Source: Ophelia neglecta
Lineage: Eukaryota
NCBI GenBank assembly: GCA_965285935.1
Contig: OZ260662.1
Coordinates: forward strand, 88,164,001 to 88,228,000
Reading direction: 5' to 3'
Length of the DNA stretch: 64,000 nucleotides
Within the stretch, counting starts at the first letter, position 1; each line of letters starts with the position of its first letter. The translations under genes and the position numbers were made by a program. The notes beneath the pieces are model-generated. The model searched no databases, had not been told where the DNA came from, and worked only from the letters and a program-made list of their open reading frames with translations. This document shows, one piece after another, positions 39,901-50,060 of this stretch.

Positions 39901-42900
39901 GGCGCATTTGCACATCGGATATTTGGATGCAGAAATATAGTTTTGTTCGTGTTTATTTTCTATGTGTTGAAATGATATACCAGCTTCTTTCCTATGAAAG
40001 TAACTACAACTGCTTCCACCACTGTTGGAACAACCACTACACCAATGCCTACCACGACTACACCACTGCCAACCACAACCACACCACAGTGTATGTATGA
40101 AATAGAGTTCATATAGAAATAGAAGTGCGATCGGCTAATACTTGTATTTGTTAGAGCATTTCAATTTTTAAAATGGTGAAATGTACTTTTGTTATCCAGA
40201 CTGTGATGCCCCACAAGTGGCTACCAAATGTGTCTGCCATAAGACCTGTGACCACCTGGCCTCTCCTAGTGATGTAAGAAGCTGCCCTGCCCCAGGCTCA
40301 GCCGAATGCCACAAAGGATGCCACTGTCCCGAGGGCACAGTTATGAACAATGGCAAATGTATCAAGGAAACAGGTTGTCCATGCTACTACCAACCACATG
40401 GCAAATATTACAAGGCAAGGACTTGGCTACTTCTACGTCATTAGTTCGAGTGTAGAAAGCATCCTCGTCTGAAGTCTTCAATAGCAATGTCGTTAAATTA
40501 AAAAGTATGATAATGTTAGTGGTACACAATATCATGAAATAAAATTATTTCATAGGTTGGTGAGAAGATTGAGATTGGACAGCAGTGTGTACATGCTATT
40601 TGTACTCCTGCAAATGGTATTGTCAAAATCACTGACATGAATTGTCACCACCACAGTGAGTATACATGCTCAAATATGGTTTACACGGTAGACCCACTTA
40701 GATTTGCAATAACTGAAACATTAACAACCATGTTATTTCGTGTTCATATTGTAATAATGCTTAGGCCTTTGCCAGCTATTTTATATTTACACTATATGAT
40801 TCACTCAGATGTGTGCACCAATGGCCGTGTCTTTAAGAGCTGTCCGTGTGAGAAGACCTGTGAGCAGCCAGACCATGTCTGCGATATGTCCAGCTGCAAG
40901 CCAGGCTGTGCATGTCCACAGGGCACCTTCTGGAATGAAGACCAATGTGTCGAGAAATGGCAGTGTGACTGTCGCCATGGAAATAAGACATTTGACAATG
41001 GAGACAGATGGGATGTAGGCCAGTGTACAAAGTGTCGGTAAGACGTAAAAAAATGCTTATTTACAGCATTAATACTAAACTGTTTCCTTTTTCCTCTACT
41101 CCTATTTATTTATTTCCTAGTGCATGCGTCAGACCGCATGCTATAGTGCATTTATGCTAGAGCTTCATTTTTAAAACTTGGCATGTTTAATACAGGAAAG
41201 GCTACATTCAATAATGGAGGAACGCTCACTCAACCTGTAAGGAATAAAGTATTCAACCGATTAAATGCCCTTTATCGCCGAAAGAATTTTTTTGAATTAA
41301 AAACGTCATCATCAGCCACCATGTACCGATACATAGATACGTCACGTGCTATGGATTTGAACGATAAAAACTCGTCTGCACTAACAAACTAAAACTAAAA
41401 ATCTGCCATGTATGACAGGCAGGAAATAATTAATACCTCAATTCCGGGATCACAGTCAATTGACACCGCCCGCCCGCCCCCCCCCCCCCCCCCACCCACT
41501 CCTACCCGCATATACAACGCCAAGGGTGCGTTTGCATTTTTCATGGCTCGGTAGCAATTTTTTAAATTGTGGACATGATATAAGTTGCACGGGATTATTA
41601 TCTATTTATATTATTTATTTTTCAATTGCTTTTACCTTAGCTGTGTGAATGGTACCGAAATATGCAGTGAGTATTGTGGCCTAACGAATGAGATGTGCTC
41701 AGCTCAAGGCAAGACTCTTCTCAACAAAGACTTGGAGGACAATATCTGCTGTCGCTGTGTATCGGATGAGCCTGTTTGTGAAGACGAGGACGGAAAAGAA
41801 CGTCCTGTGAGTGATTGTGATTATAATCACCCAATTCATTACTTTATGTTCCTAAATTTATATTTGTATACCAAAAACTTAACATTTGATATAGACCGGT
41901 AAATACTCCTTTACAGATCGGCTCTACGTGGAACAAAGGTCTATGTGAATCTTTGGAGTGCGTCATGACAAAGTCAGGCAATGCTGAGATAATCAAGACA
42001 AAGACAGCGTGTGCCCCATGCCGTGAGGATGAGATGCCAGTCTACTACTCGACTAAGTGCTGTCCGGAATGTAGACGCACGAACATTACTACTACTACTG
42101 TGGTGACCATTGCGCCTACTAATGGTACACAGACTACCACTCCAATGACTACCGTGCCAATAATAAGCACAACCACACCCATCATCTTTACCACTAGTAA
42201 GTTAGGCGTTTAAAAAAAAAACAATGTATACACTAACTCTTAAAAGATAACTTATAATTTGTTTAATGAAGCAAAGTCTATTGATCTAATAATACTTTGT
42301 CTCAGAACTTCAAGCAAGCATGATATTTGAAGAAAAACCACCGGCTCCCAAAAATGATAGATAACTCTTGAAATGGAGAAACTTATATATGACCATACTC
42401 GGTATTGAGGCACTAAGAAAGACCAATTATTTCTTTGTTTCCAATCAGCATCAATGTTGACAACAACTACTTCTGACATTGTAACTGGCAGTCCAACTCC
42501 ACCAACAGAAGTGACCACAGCTTTGCCAACAACAACTTCCGCCCCGGTAACAACCACGGCTGGTACCACTGCCACATCTAATCAACCTACGACAACAATG
42601 ACAACAACTCCACTGCCGAGTTCCACTACAACATCAGGCACAATGGAAACGACAACAGGTAATTCAGTTGTCCAAACCACGGAGAGGAGTAACCTGTTAA
42701 AGGGACTTGTATAATCTAATTGGAACATGTAAAACGTTTCCTAAAACACATGGCACAAATTAACTCAAAACCATCAGCTGAAGAGCAATGGCCAGCGTAA
42801 ATGAAAACTCTTTATCAAACCACCCCTAAACGATCACTATCATACCTCTAAAATGACGCCGATTTTATTGTAAGGGCCGTGAAATATCGCCATAATATAT

Positions 42901-45900
42901 TGCAATAAAACGTTTGCGTGATACAAACATTTCCGAATTCAATTGATGAAAAAGTTTCTAATTAGCGAAAACGTTTTTGCGAATTCAAGAGTTTGCACTT
43001 CCACTGTCAATATCATTTGGCCAAATATGTAGGATGTTTTGTAAAATTGCCATATTTAACCTCACTTGTTAAAAAACGGGATTTTGATCAAGTAACAACT
43101 GAGAAGTTAACAAAAACGTTTGAGTGGACGTAATGTTTTTGTATGTCAGTGCCGTCCTATGTAGTATACCTGTGCTCAAAGCAAAGGAGAACCAAAAAAA
43201 TACATTTAATAAAAATACAAAATTGAGAGAAATATAAATTCAATCACTTGAACTTAATAGCTTCAACAACTACAACTGCACCAGTGGATAAATGTCCAGA
43301 GAGCATGGACAATCCCACACAAATCACTCCCGATATGATCACTATCAGACCTCCGCAATTCGACAAAGATAAACCCAAATTAAGGCCATCGTCGGACGAA
43401 CCACTTCGCATTCCCAAGACAGAGAAGCCATCCATCGAGATTGACTTCACAAAGCCTAACCCAATTCAACCCACTCCTGTCGAGAAACTTATCATGCCAA
43501 CTCCAAGCAATATCAAGACCGTCAAGATCTTCAAGAAGACACCAACAACAAGTACTCCTTCAGACAATGATTGGGAGGAAATCAAGCCAAGCGAAGGAAA
43601 TCCAACATTCGACGCCACCAAACCAATCGTTTTCAGGCCTCCCATAGATGTAACGATCTTAAAGATTGTACCTGAAGAGCCAACTTCTGATGATAAGGAT
43701 TACAAACTTAAATTGGCTATCCATGCATGCATTAAGATTAAAACGACAACTACAACTTCAGCAGCAACTACAACTGCCTCAACAGGTAGAACAGATATAT
43801 TCAAAATTCAATTATTTTGCACATCATACATTTGTTTTCCCTCTAAGCTCGCACTGTGTTTCTCACTCATTTACTTTCGCCCTAGCTCCATCCACAACCA
43901 TGCCACCAACCACAACCACTGAAGTATCGACAACGACCCTAAGACAGTCTACAACTACAACACCACCTACAAATCCAATTACAGTCCCCACAAATCCAGT
44001 ATCTGGAACTACAACCGAAACTGGAACAACCACCACAGAAACTGAACAGACAACAACAGAACCTGGATCAACCACCAGAGAAACAACCTTGTCAACTGCA
44101 TCGACAACGCCTACCACCAGTAAGGGAACGACCATAGTTTATATCTTTTCAAATGAATGTAAAATCTTATATGTGATTCTCGCACGTGATTGAAAGGCGA
44201 AAACTTATTTGATGTTTTAAACAAATTCGAAACCATGAAATATTGTTGTGAAAATTATCTCAAATTCATAAAGCAATTACTAAAGTCATAATATGTTATA
44301 CATACACAGTGCCATCAAAGACCACAACTACTACTGAAATTATGACCGACAGCCCCACTCCTCCAGAAGAAGCCACTACGTCATCATCTACCAATAGCCC
44401 TGTTCCTACAACAGTTGCCCCAATTGCTACAACCACATCACAGACTATGACGTCTTCTGTACCAGCATCTACCACTACCCCATCAGTACCAGTCACAACT
44501 ACAACAGGTAAGAATTTTAGCCAATTAAAAGTAAAACTACTTTGTTTGGTCGAAAGAGTAATTTTGTTTGTTTCCTGGCTAAACAGGGCTTATGCTTACA
44601 AGCAGGGGCCACTGCACAAGTGTTATCTAAGCGAATGAGAGACAATACGCGTGCCATTGAAATGGACTGCTGGTATTTGACCATAACATTTAATAAAGCT
44701 GTATGCCAAAACATAAAAGGCATGAATCGTGCAACCGGAATGGGTGTTTGATGGAATCCTATGTGAGAATACCAATGGTAGCTTGTTTGTCACAGTTTGT
44801 GTAGACTGCTAGCATATTTAAAGGTGGGACTTAACACTGCCTTTTCTAAGAGATTGATTCGTGGTAATAAACGTACTGGACCGCGTCGCTGGAGTTGGAG
44901 GTAAAACGGGAGTGGATACCCGGCAGACACAACAAAGTTCCTTATCAGGAATAGTCAATAAAATCGGTTCGAAAGAGTCAGGAATCACCAGCCACTTGCC
45001 CACAAACATCAACACCAAGCTCCCCAACATTGGATAAACTCAAAATAATTGATATCATATGCAAGGGTAGTCAGCAGTATTCAGGATGCCAGTAAGGTCT
45101 GCCTTCTTGGTCATATTGCTTTCAGCCGACCGTTACAATGATTAATGATTTACCATTGTTTGCCGGGTATCCACTCCATTGTTCCTCTACAACGGTACAA
45201 ACTTTAATAAAGAGAGGCTGAAATATAATAAAAATAGAAATAATACCTAGTTTTATTTATTGCTAATATACTACTATAGGCGTTATTTTAACTTCCTCAA
45301 GGGGGTTCATTTCATTCAGTGCTTTGTAGCAGATAAAGCAGCTAATGATTCTGGAAGTTAAGTCCTCTCTCCGAATTACGCTAATAATCAGGAACAATTT
45401 TGTGGCAGTCAAATTTCCACCAAAGATTTCATTAGTTACTAATAAAAAAAACGTTGTTATAGCCATAAATACGTAAATAAATGGTGTTTGAAAATATTGT
45501 CTCTTGGGGTGAAAATATCAAAATCACTTAAATTCCCCTGTATGAACAATGTGACTATGGGTCGGTAGCTGCACATGTACATTAGCCGCAATTATACGGC
45601 AGCTAGAGGACTTTCTGTTTGTCCCATAAGCACGAATTTATTCCAAAGGGTTCTCCATTTCTAGACCATTGATGATTACTTCTAGTTGCATCAACTACCA
45701 TGCCACCAACAACCACACCAGAAGTTTCCACAACAAGCTTAGGACAATCTACAACTACCACGCCACCAACACGAATTACCACAGTGACAGCAACAACTGA
45801 GGCTGGAACAACAACCATTACCTCTGGAACAACGACATCCGAAATAGGAACAACAACCGCACCAACTACAGAGTCAACAACATGTACGTAGAAAGTTAAA

Positions 45901-48613
45901 CTAATTAAACGTAATGGTCCATATGCAAAATAATGTTATGGCATGATTGACACATTATCATTAAATTGTAGTTAGTCAGTAAGCTTATTTTAATTGTAAC
46001 CATGTTTTCTCGTCGTATCTACAAGCATAATCTTTACAATTGTGCATTGTTCTCAGTTAATGTTTTAATCATTGTTTCAAACTTTAGCTAAAGGTGTACA
46101 ATATGAAGCAGCTCTTTGTGTTATTTCAGTCTCACACCTCGTCAATACTGTCACTGTGCCATCTACAACTAAACGAAATACAGGTATTAACCCTACTGGC
46201 ATAATGTATTATTTGCCCGGTATTCTAATGATATATATCGGTAAAGAAAAACATCATGCATATAATACACTACAACTGGTATAAGAATTATTTGTTTCCA
46301 CTCTATAGTGACACCCCCTTGGCCTACTAGTTCATCATCCACTGAGGGCACAACAACAATAGCTACAACCACAACATCTGGTGTCAATACTCTTACACCG
46401 ACCACAAGGACCTTCCCTACCACAACCCTACCAACCACTACTCAGGGAACTACCACCATGGAAACCACTACCGTGTCTGGGGTCAATACAATGACTCCAA
46501 CCACAAGGACCTTCCCTACAACAACCCTACCAACCACCACACAGGGAACTACCACCATGGAAACCACTACTGTGTCTGGGGTCAATACAATGACTCCGAC
46601 CACAAGGACTTTCCCGCCAGGTACATAATAAGTAATAAGATATTCAAGCCATGCACTGAAATATAAATTATTATGAATCAGTTCAATATGCATGGAAATA
46701 CTCTATTGCAATCCTTACAGGCGATAATATGTCTGAAAGAGGGTATAATCACTATGTCCAGAAACAAAGGAATTTATTACCATTCTGTAACTACTGTTTC
46801 GTTTTTTCCCAGTTTCTACCGACTCTACAACAGCTGCGCTGACCACAACGCATCCAGCCGTCACCACAACTGCAGCTGCGTCTGATACGACTACAAACAA
46901 ACAAACTAGTACAACTGGTGTTAGCTCTACAACTACAGGCTTAGCAACAAGTACGGTAGGGGAAACTGGCAGCCCATCGCCAATCACTTCCGAAACTACG
47001 GCCGGACAGACCACACTTGTATCAACTACAACTCAACCTCCTACTACAAGTACGGCCGAACAGTCGACAACAACAACACCTCCAAACACACCCGCTCCAA
47101 CAACCGGTACCTATAATGATCACATACATACTTTGGTCTCTAGATTCCAAAAGCATTATTTGAATTGATGAATATGATTCTTTTTATGTATGACATGTTT
47201 TGTCCCCCTATAGGTACCACTGGAGCCACAACAATGACAACTACTAGATCAACTACTACGACTACTTCTGGGTGTAAGCTAAACGATTTCATCTACTCAA
47301 ATGTTTTAAATACAACTTACCTAAATGTGCGTCCATCAATAACATACTGTGCATCTAACTGATCATTATATTTTCAAATATTAAGATATAATACGCATTT
47401 GACATGGATACCATCATAACAAGCCATCTAAGCTTAAATATATAGAAAAAATATATGTTAAAAGATGTATTCAACGAAAATCTGTCAATGTATTTAGGCG
47501 AATACGAGGGCAAGATGTACACCATTGGCGAAGTATGGCGACCCAAGACCAAGGAGGGCAGTGCCACCTGTATGAAGTGCACCTGTAGGAGTCCTGCCCA
47601 GGGCGGTGTCACTTGCGAGGATCTCTCCAAACAATGTGATCTGACGTGTAATGTAAGTCCTTATCAGAACAAGAAGCCCTACGTTGATTAATGGCTAGTT
47701 TCTTTAATAGATGGTGTGTGATATTTTAGACATTTTAGTCACTTTTCAAGACAACGCTATTATTGACGATTTTTCCCATTTTAGGGTGAATTAATTTATG
47801 TTGAAGACAAATGTTGCCCGATCTGCAGTAAGTGATTTTTTTGTGACATACTTACAGTTAGTAATTCAATTGACTAAAAAAAATGTTATGTGCACTTCTC
47901 TTTCGTAGCGGAGATATGCCAATATAGCTGAGCTTTTTTATAACTTTTTTAATAGAGCTTAGTTCTACTGTGAGGAGTTTTCGTGTTACTAATTGTATAT
48001 GGTTTTATAACCAGGGCCAAAGGAAGAAAAATGCCTACACAACTCATACGAGAGCACAATTAACATTGATGGCTGCGTTTCCGACAAGCCGGTGTTCCGG
48101 TCCCTGTGCTCCGGCTCGTGTGGCTCCAACGCTACAACAACATTCACCGCTCCCTATATGAAGACCTCGTGCAAATGTTGTAAACCAACAAGTATGGCAA
48201 GAGAATCTGTCTCGCTCCGATGTGGTATGTAACAACAATACATAACCATTTGATTATTAGAATGTTAACTGTATGTAGTTTTTCCTGCATAAGCCTAAAT
48301 GCTTAGTAGTCTGATAATCGCATAGTATGCTTTGGTGATAATGAAAATTGAATTCTTTATCCGGCAATTATCTTAGGAATACACTGTGACAGTGATTCGT
48401 GGTTGAATTAATCTGACAACCTCATATCATGTTACTCTATATAGAAAACGACTAATTCAAACCTTTTTCTCTTCAGCCAATGGAACAATGACCGAACACC
48501 ATTATGTGAGGATAACGTCTTGTGGCTGTGAAGCATGTCAGTACAACCCGTTTGCGCCTAGTTCCTCAATGCAGCAGCCTATCACTACTCAACTTGGAAA
48601 TACCAACAACTAG
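1..48613 (+). CDS. Giant gel-forming mucin/VWF-superfamily-like glycoprotein (PTS + F5/8C-like repeats + TIL + VWC + CTCK), multi-exon, 5' end outside window
   Basis: Hand-traced exons with compatible phases: <1-989, 1318-3000, 3328-5019, 5324-5995, 7228-7390, 7484-7571, 7743-7908, 8041-8082, 8483-10303, twelve 1881-nt exons starting 10429, 12435, 14440, 16445, 18450, 20455, 22460, 24466, 26471, 28476, 30481, 32487, then 34932-35435, 35630-35875, 36345-36604, 36995-37145, 37355-37599, 37758-38016, 38250-38435, 38553-38660, 38802-38967, 39167-39302, 39484-39631, 40001-40090, 40200-40414, 40556-40655, 40809-41037, 41641-41806, 41917-42196, 42449-42658, 43261-43785, 43886-44119, 44310-44507, 45686-45883, 46130-46183, 46309-46620, 46813-47106, 47214-47273, 47498-47652, 47785-47827, 48015-48224, 48477-48613 (TAG). 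Summed length from base 2 is 36006 nt, a multiple of 3 (~12,000 codons). Confidence 0.9.
1318..3000 (+). CDS. Mucin exon (array 1): PTS + two F5/8C-like modules, phase 1-1
   Basis: Pyrimidine tract + TACAG acceptor at 1317, GTAATG donor at 3001, 1683 nt. Confidence 0.9.
3328..5019 (+). CDS. Mucin exon (array 1, last unit): PTS + two F5/8C-like modules, phase 1-1
   Basis: Acceptor 3327, donor 5020, 1692 nt. Confidence 0.9.
5324..5995 (+). CDS. Mucin exon: unique Thr-rich PTS tract
   Basis: TTTGCAG acceptor at 5323, CAG|GTAGG donor at 5996, 672 nt, phase 1-1. Confidence 0.85.
7228..7908 (+). CDS. Three mucin exons (7228-7390, 7484-7571, 7743-7908) encoding a divergent F5/8C-like domain
   Basis: Spliced product YCDERP...EWTSK...EVTLVEMEVEG...FFIRP...LKIHACYE; phases 1-2-0-1 join without stops. 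Confidence 0.75.
8041..8082 (+). CDS. Mucin 42-nt PTS mini-exon
   Basis: TTTTGTAG acceptor, CAG|GTGAGT donor, phase 1-1, TTTTSNPTKPTTLT. Confidence 0.7.
8483..10303 (+). CDS. Mucin array-2 exon 1 (variant 5' end), two F5/8C-like modules
   Basis: TTAAG acceptor 8482, donor 10304, phase 1-1. Confidence 0.85.
10429..12309 (+). CDS. Mucin array-2 exon 2
   Basis: 1881 nt, AG/GT bounded, phase 1-1. Confidence 0.9.
12435..14315 (+). CDS. Mucin array-2 exon 3
   Basis: 1881 nt, AG/GT bounded, phase 1-1. Confidence 0.9.
14440..16320 (+). CDS. Mucin array-2 exon 4
   Basis: 1881 nt, AG/GT bounded, phase 1-1. Confidence 0.9.
16445..18325 (+). CDS. Mucin array-2 exon 5
   Basis: 1881 nt, AG/GT bounded, phase 1-1. 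Confidence 0.9.
18450..20330 (+). CDS. Mucin array-2 exon 6
   Basis: 1881 nt, AG/GT bounded, phase 1-1. Confidence 0.9.
20455..22335 (+). CDS. Mucin array-2 exon 7
   Basis: 1881 nt, AG/GT bounded, phase 1-1. Confidence 0.9.
22460..24340 (+). CDS. Mucin array-2 exon 8
   Basis: 1881 nt, AG/GT bounded, phase 1-1. Confidence 0.9.
24466..26346 (+). CDS. Mucin array-2 exon 9
   Basis: 1881 nt, AG/GT bounded, phase 1-1. Confidence 0.9.
26471..28351 (+). CDS. Mucin array-2 exon 10
   Basis: 1881 nt, AG/GT bounded, phase 1-1. Confidence 0.9.
28476..30356 (+). CDS. Mucin array-2 exon 11
   Basis: 1881 nt, AG/GT bounded, phase 1-1. Confidence 0.9.
30481..32361 (+). CDS. Mucin array-2 exon 12
   Basis: 1881 nt, AG/GT bounded, phase 1-1. 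Confidence 0.9.
32487..34367 (+). CDS. Mucin array-2 exon 13
   Basis: 1881 nt, AG/GT bounded, phase 1-1. Confidence 0.9.
34493..34552 (+). other. Relic 3' end of a 14th array-2 unit / possible 60-nt cryptic exon
   Basis: Copy of VHACITVTVTTT directly after a truncated array intron; AAG acceptor and CAG|GTATTA donor, phase 1-1. Confidence 0.6.
34932..35435 (+). CDS. Mucin unique PTS exon
   Basis: T-tract + TACAG acceptor, GTGAGT donor, 504 nt, phase 1-1. Confidence 0.85.
35630..38660 (+). CDS. Seven mucin exons: TIL-like and VWC-like Cys-rich modules alternating with short PTS tracts
   Basis: Exons 35630-35875, 36345-36604, 36995-37145, 37355-37599, 37758-38016, 38250-38435, 38553-38660; CxCxxGC...CxC and GExC...CxxCxC patterns; phases compatible. 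Confidence 0.8.
38802..39631 (+). CDS. Three mucin exons (38802-38967, 39167-39302, 39484-39631): canonical-looking F5/8 type C (discoidin) domain
   Basis: CFDPL...GWKAKSTDKKPWFIIIF...VTGFKIQ...LEFSNDGTSF...AQFVKF...VQLQGC matches F5/8C hallmarks (WxA, PW, VTG.xxQ, SxDG, ELxGC). Confidence 0.85.
40001..42658 (+). CDS. Mucin exons with two TIL domains, VWC-like modules and PTS
   Basis: CVCHKTCD...CHKGCHCPEG...CI...CPC and CPCEKTCEQ...CKPGCACPQG...CV...CDC are TIL patterns; CCRC and CCPEC are VWC-type ends. Confidence 0.85.
43261..43785 (+). CDS. Mucin exon with a solitary diverged copy of the intronless F5/8C-like module
   Basis: CPESMDNP...LAIHAC, 525 nt, phase 1-1. Confidence 0.88.
43886..47273 (+). 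CDS. Run of seven symmetric (phase 1-1) PTS exons
   Basis: 43886-44119, 44310-44507, 45686-45883, 46130-46183, 46309-46620, 46813-47106, 47214-47273; all AG/GT bounded, lengths multiples of 3, Thr-rich. Confidence 0.75.
46377..46616 (+). repeat. 99-bp (33-aa) coding tandem repeat, about 2.4 copies
   Basis: SGVNT(L/M)TPTTRTFPTTTLPTTTQGTTTMETTTV starting at 46377, 46476, 46575. Confidence 0.9.
47498..48613 (+). CDS. Terminal mucin exons: VWC domain + C-terminal cystine knot (CTCK) + stop
   Basis: CEYEGKMYTIGEVW...CMKCTC...CCPIC (VWC); CLHN...GC...CSGSC...CKCCKP...LRCANG...SCGCEAC (11 Cys, CxGxC/CxC knot); TAG at 48611-48613. Confidence 0.9.
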
Positions 48614-49000
48614 AATTAGGCGGCTGCACTGACATAATCGGCCATATTTAACCAAAATTGCCACAATATATTACGCAAACTCAAGTCATGTGTTTCGTGA
48701 ATCTAATGTATATTTTAACTTTTTGAACCACATTCTGCAGGTCGTAAGATAGACTCATTATTTCATGGATGCATGGTGGGAGACCTATTTTATCATCAAT
48801 AGTTAATGTGTATAAGTATCCTGCAGATCAAAGTTATTGTTGATTGTTACATAACTATGTTCTTCTCTAATTGCATGTGTAATTAACTAATCCCCAGGCA
48901 AGGCCCTTCCAGTCGATTTCATGTTAAACCTTGTGGCAATAATAATCGATACAATTGGAATTCATCTGAGTTGTTTACTTACCTTTAGAACACACAAGAC

Positions 49001-49006
49001 ATTAAA
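49001..49006 (+). terminator. Candidate poly(A) signal (ATTAAA) of the mucin gene
   Basis: Variant hexamer ~390 nt after the stop; other AATAAA hexamers lie further downstream. Confidence 0.3.
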
Positions 49007-49619
49007 ACTGCTAATTCTGACTACAAAAAGATTCCATAGATTCAGATTCTTTTTTTTATTTGTCCCAGAACAATGTTACATAATAACGAATACAGAATAA
49101 TACAAAGATACACTTAAGTAAAGGGAAAGGAGACTCCCACTATAGATAAAATAAATTATCGCTCGCGTGAGAGCCACCTTAAACTGGCAAATATGAATAT
49201 TTTATATTAAATAGAACATGCGCAGACCGGACAAGAAAACCCCAACGTACGTCCACAGATAGCAGCACCATAATAACAATAAACGGACATTGATTCATTC
49301 GTGTGCTCTAAAGTATGCCTTGGTCAATTATAAATTCGTGATGTTTGTTTCAACTATAAAAATATAATAATAGATTTGTCCAGAAGAGGTTTGACATCAT
49401 TACCAGTCAAAGTTAGTCCAGTTTAAAATTTGTTTCTAAAATTAAGAATCAAACATTCGATCATTTATGCAATCAACACAATTGAAATAAATCTCGTCGA
49501 CAGATTTCCTGTTATATACGGCACGCTTTAAATAAAATGAGTGTCATGTAGCACCCGACATTTGCGGGTGAAAATAAGTTCTTCTATATGCTGATATTAA
49601 TATAACTAACGTTAATATT

Positions 49620-50060
49620 CACAAGCCCAGCTAGACTTTTCCAGAACTGACATCATCCGAACTGAATGAAGCGACTACGTCATACTCTGGTTTTCCGAAT
49701 TGGTTTTGAGCGACAATACTTGTCTGCATTCCCATGTCTGTCCTCAAAATATGTCTCTTAAAGTGACTAAATTGTTGGTGATGCCAACGAAAGTATTAGT
49801 CATCTCGACTAAAACACGAAAATGTCTGTAGTGATAGGTGATTGAGTGACTAACACGTGCTTGACTTTCCCAAAGAAATTAGGCATCTATTCGGTGAGAA
49901 TGGTTTACTAAATAACGAGTTGTCTTCAGTGCAACAAATACACACTTTCTTCGATAATTTGCCAAATTCTGAGAAGGTTAAATTTGTCTGGGTGTCTTTT
50001 TGCCATCTCCCGCTTAGAAGCATTCAGTCCTGCATCCCTGAGAAGAAATAGGCGAGTAAT
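49620..50060 (+). pseudogene. Decayed, internally deleted LRR gene relic (paralog of 54624-56042)
   Basis: 49622-49812 aligns by eye to ~54835-55025 (e.g. AATTGGTTTTGAG[C/T]GACAA...TGTCCTCAAAATA) and ~49830-50060 to ~55395-55625 (NNELSSVQQIHTFFDNLPN vs NNKLSSVRRIYTFLDNVPN); stops, frameshifts and a ~370-nt deletion. Confidence 0.85.

Noticed and set aside
44600-45480. Possible minus-strand retroelement relic in the 44508-45685 intron (FVGKWLVIPDS...)
   Set aside because: Only faint resemblance to non-LTR ORF2 motifs; needs a repeat-library search.
49035-49600. Possible minus-strand LINE/SINE 3' tail (A-run followed by GAATCT x2)
   Set aside because: Too degenerate to support by eye.
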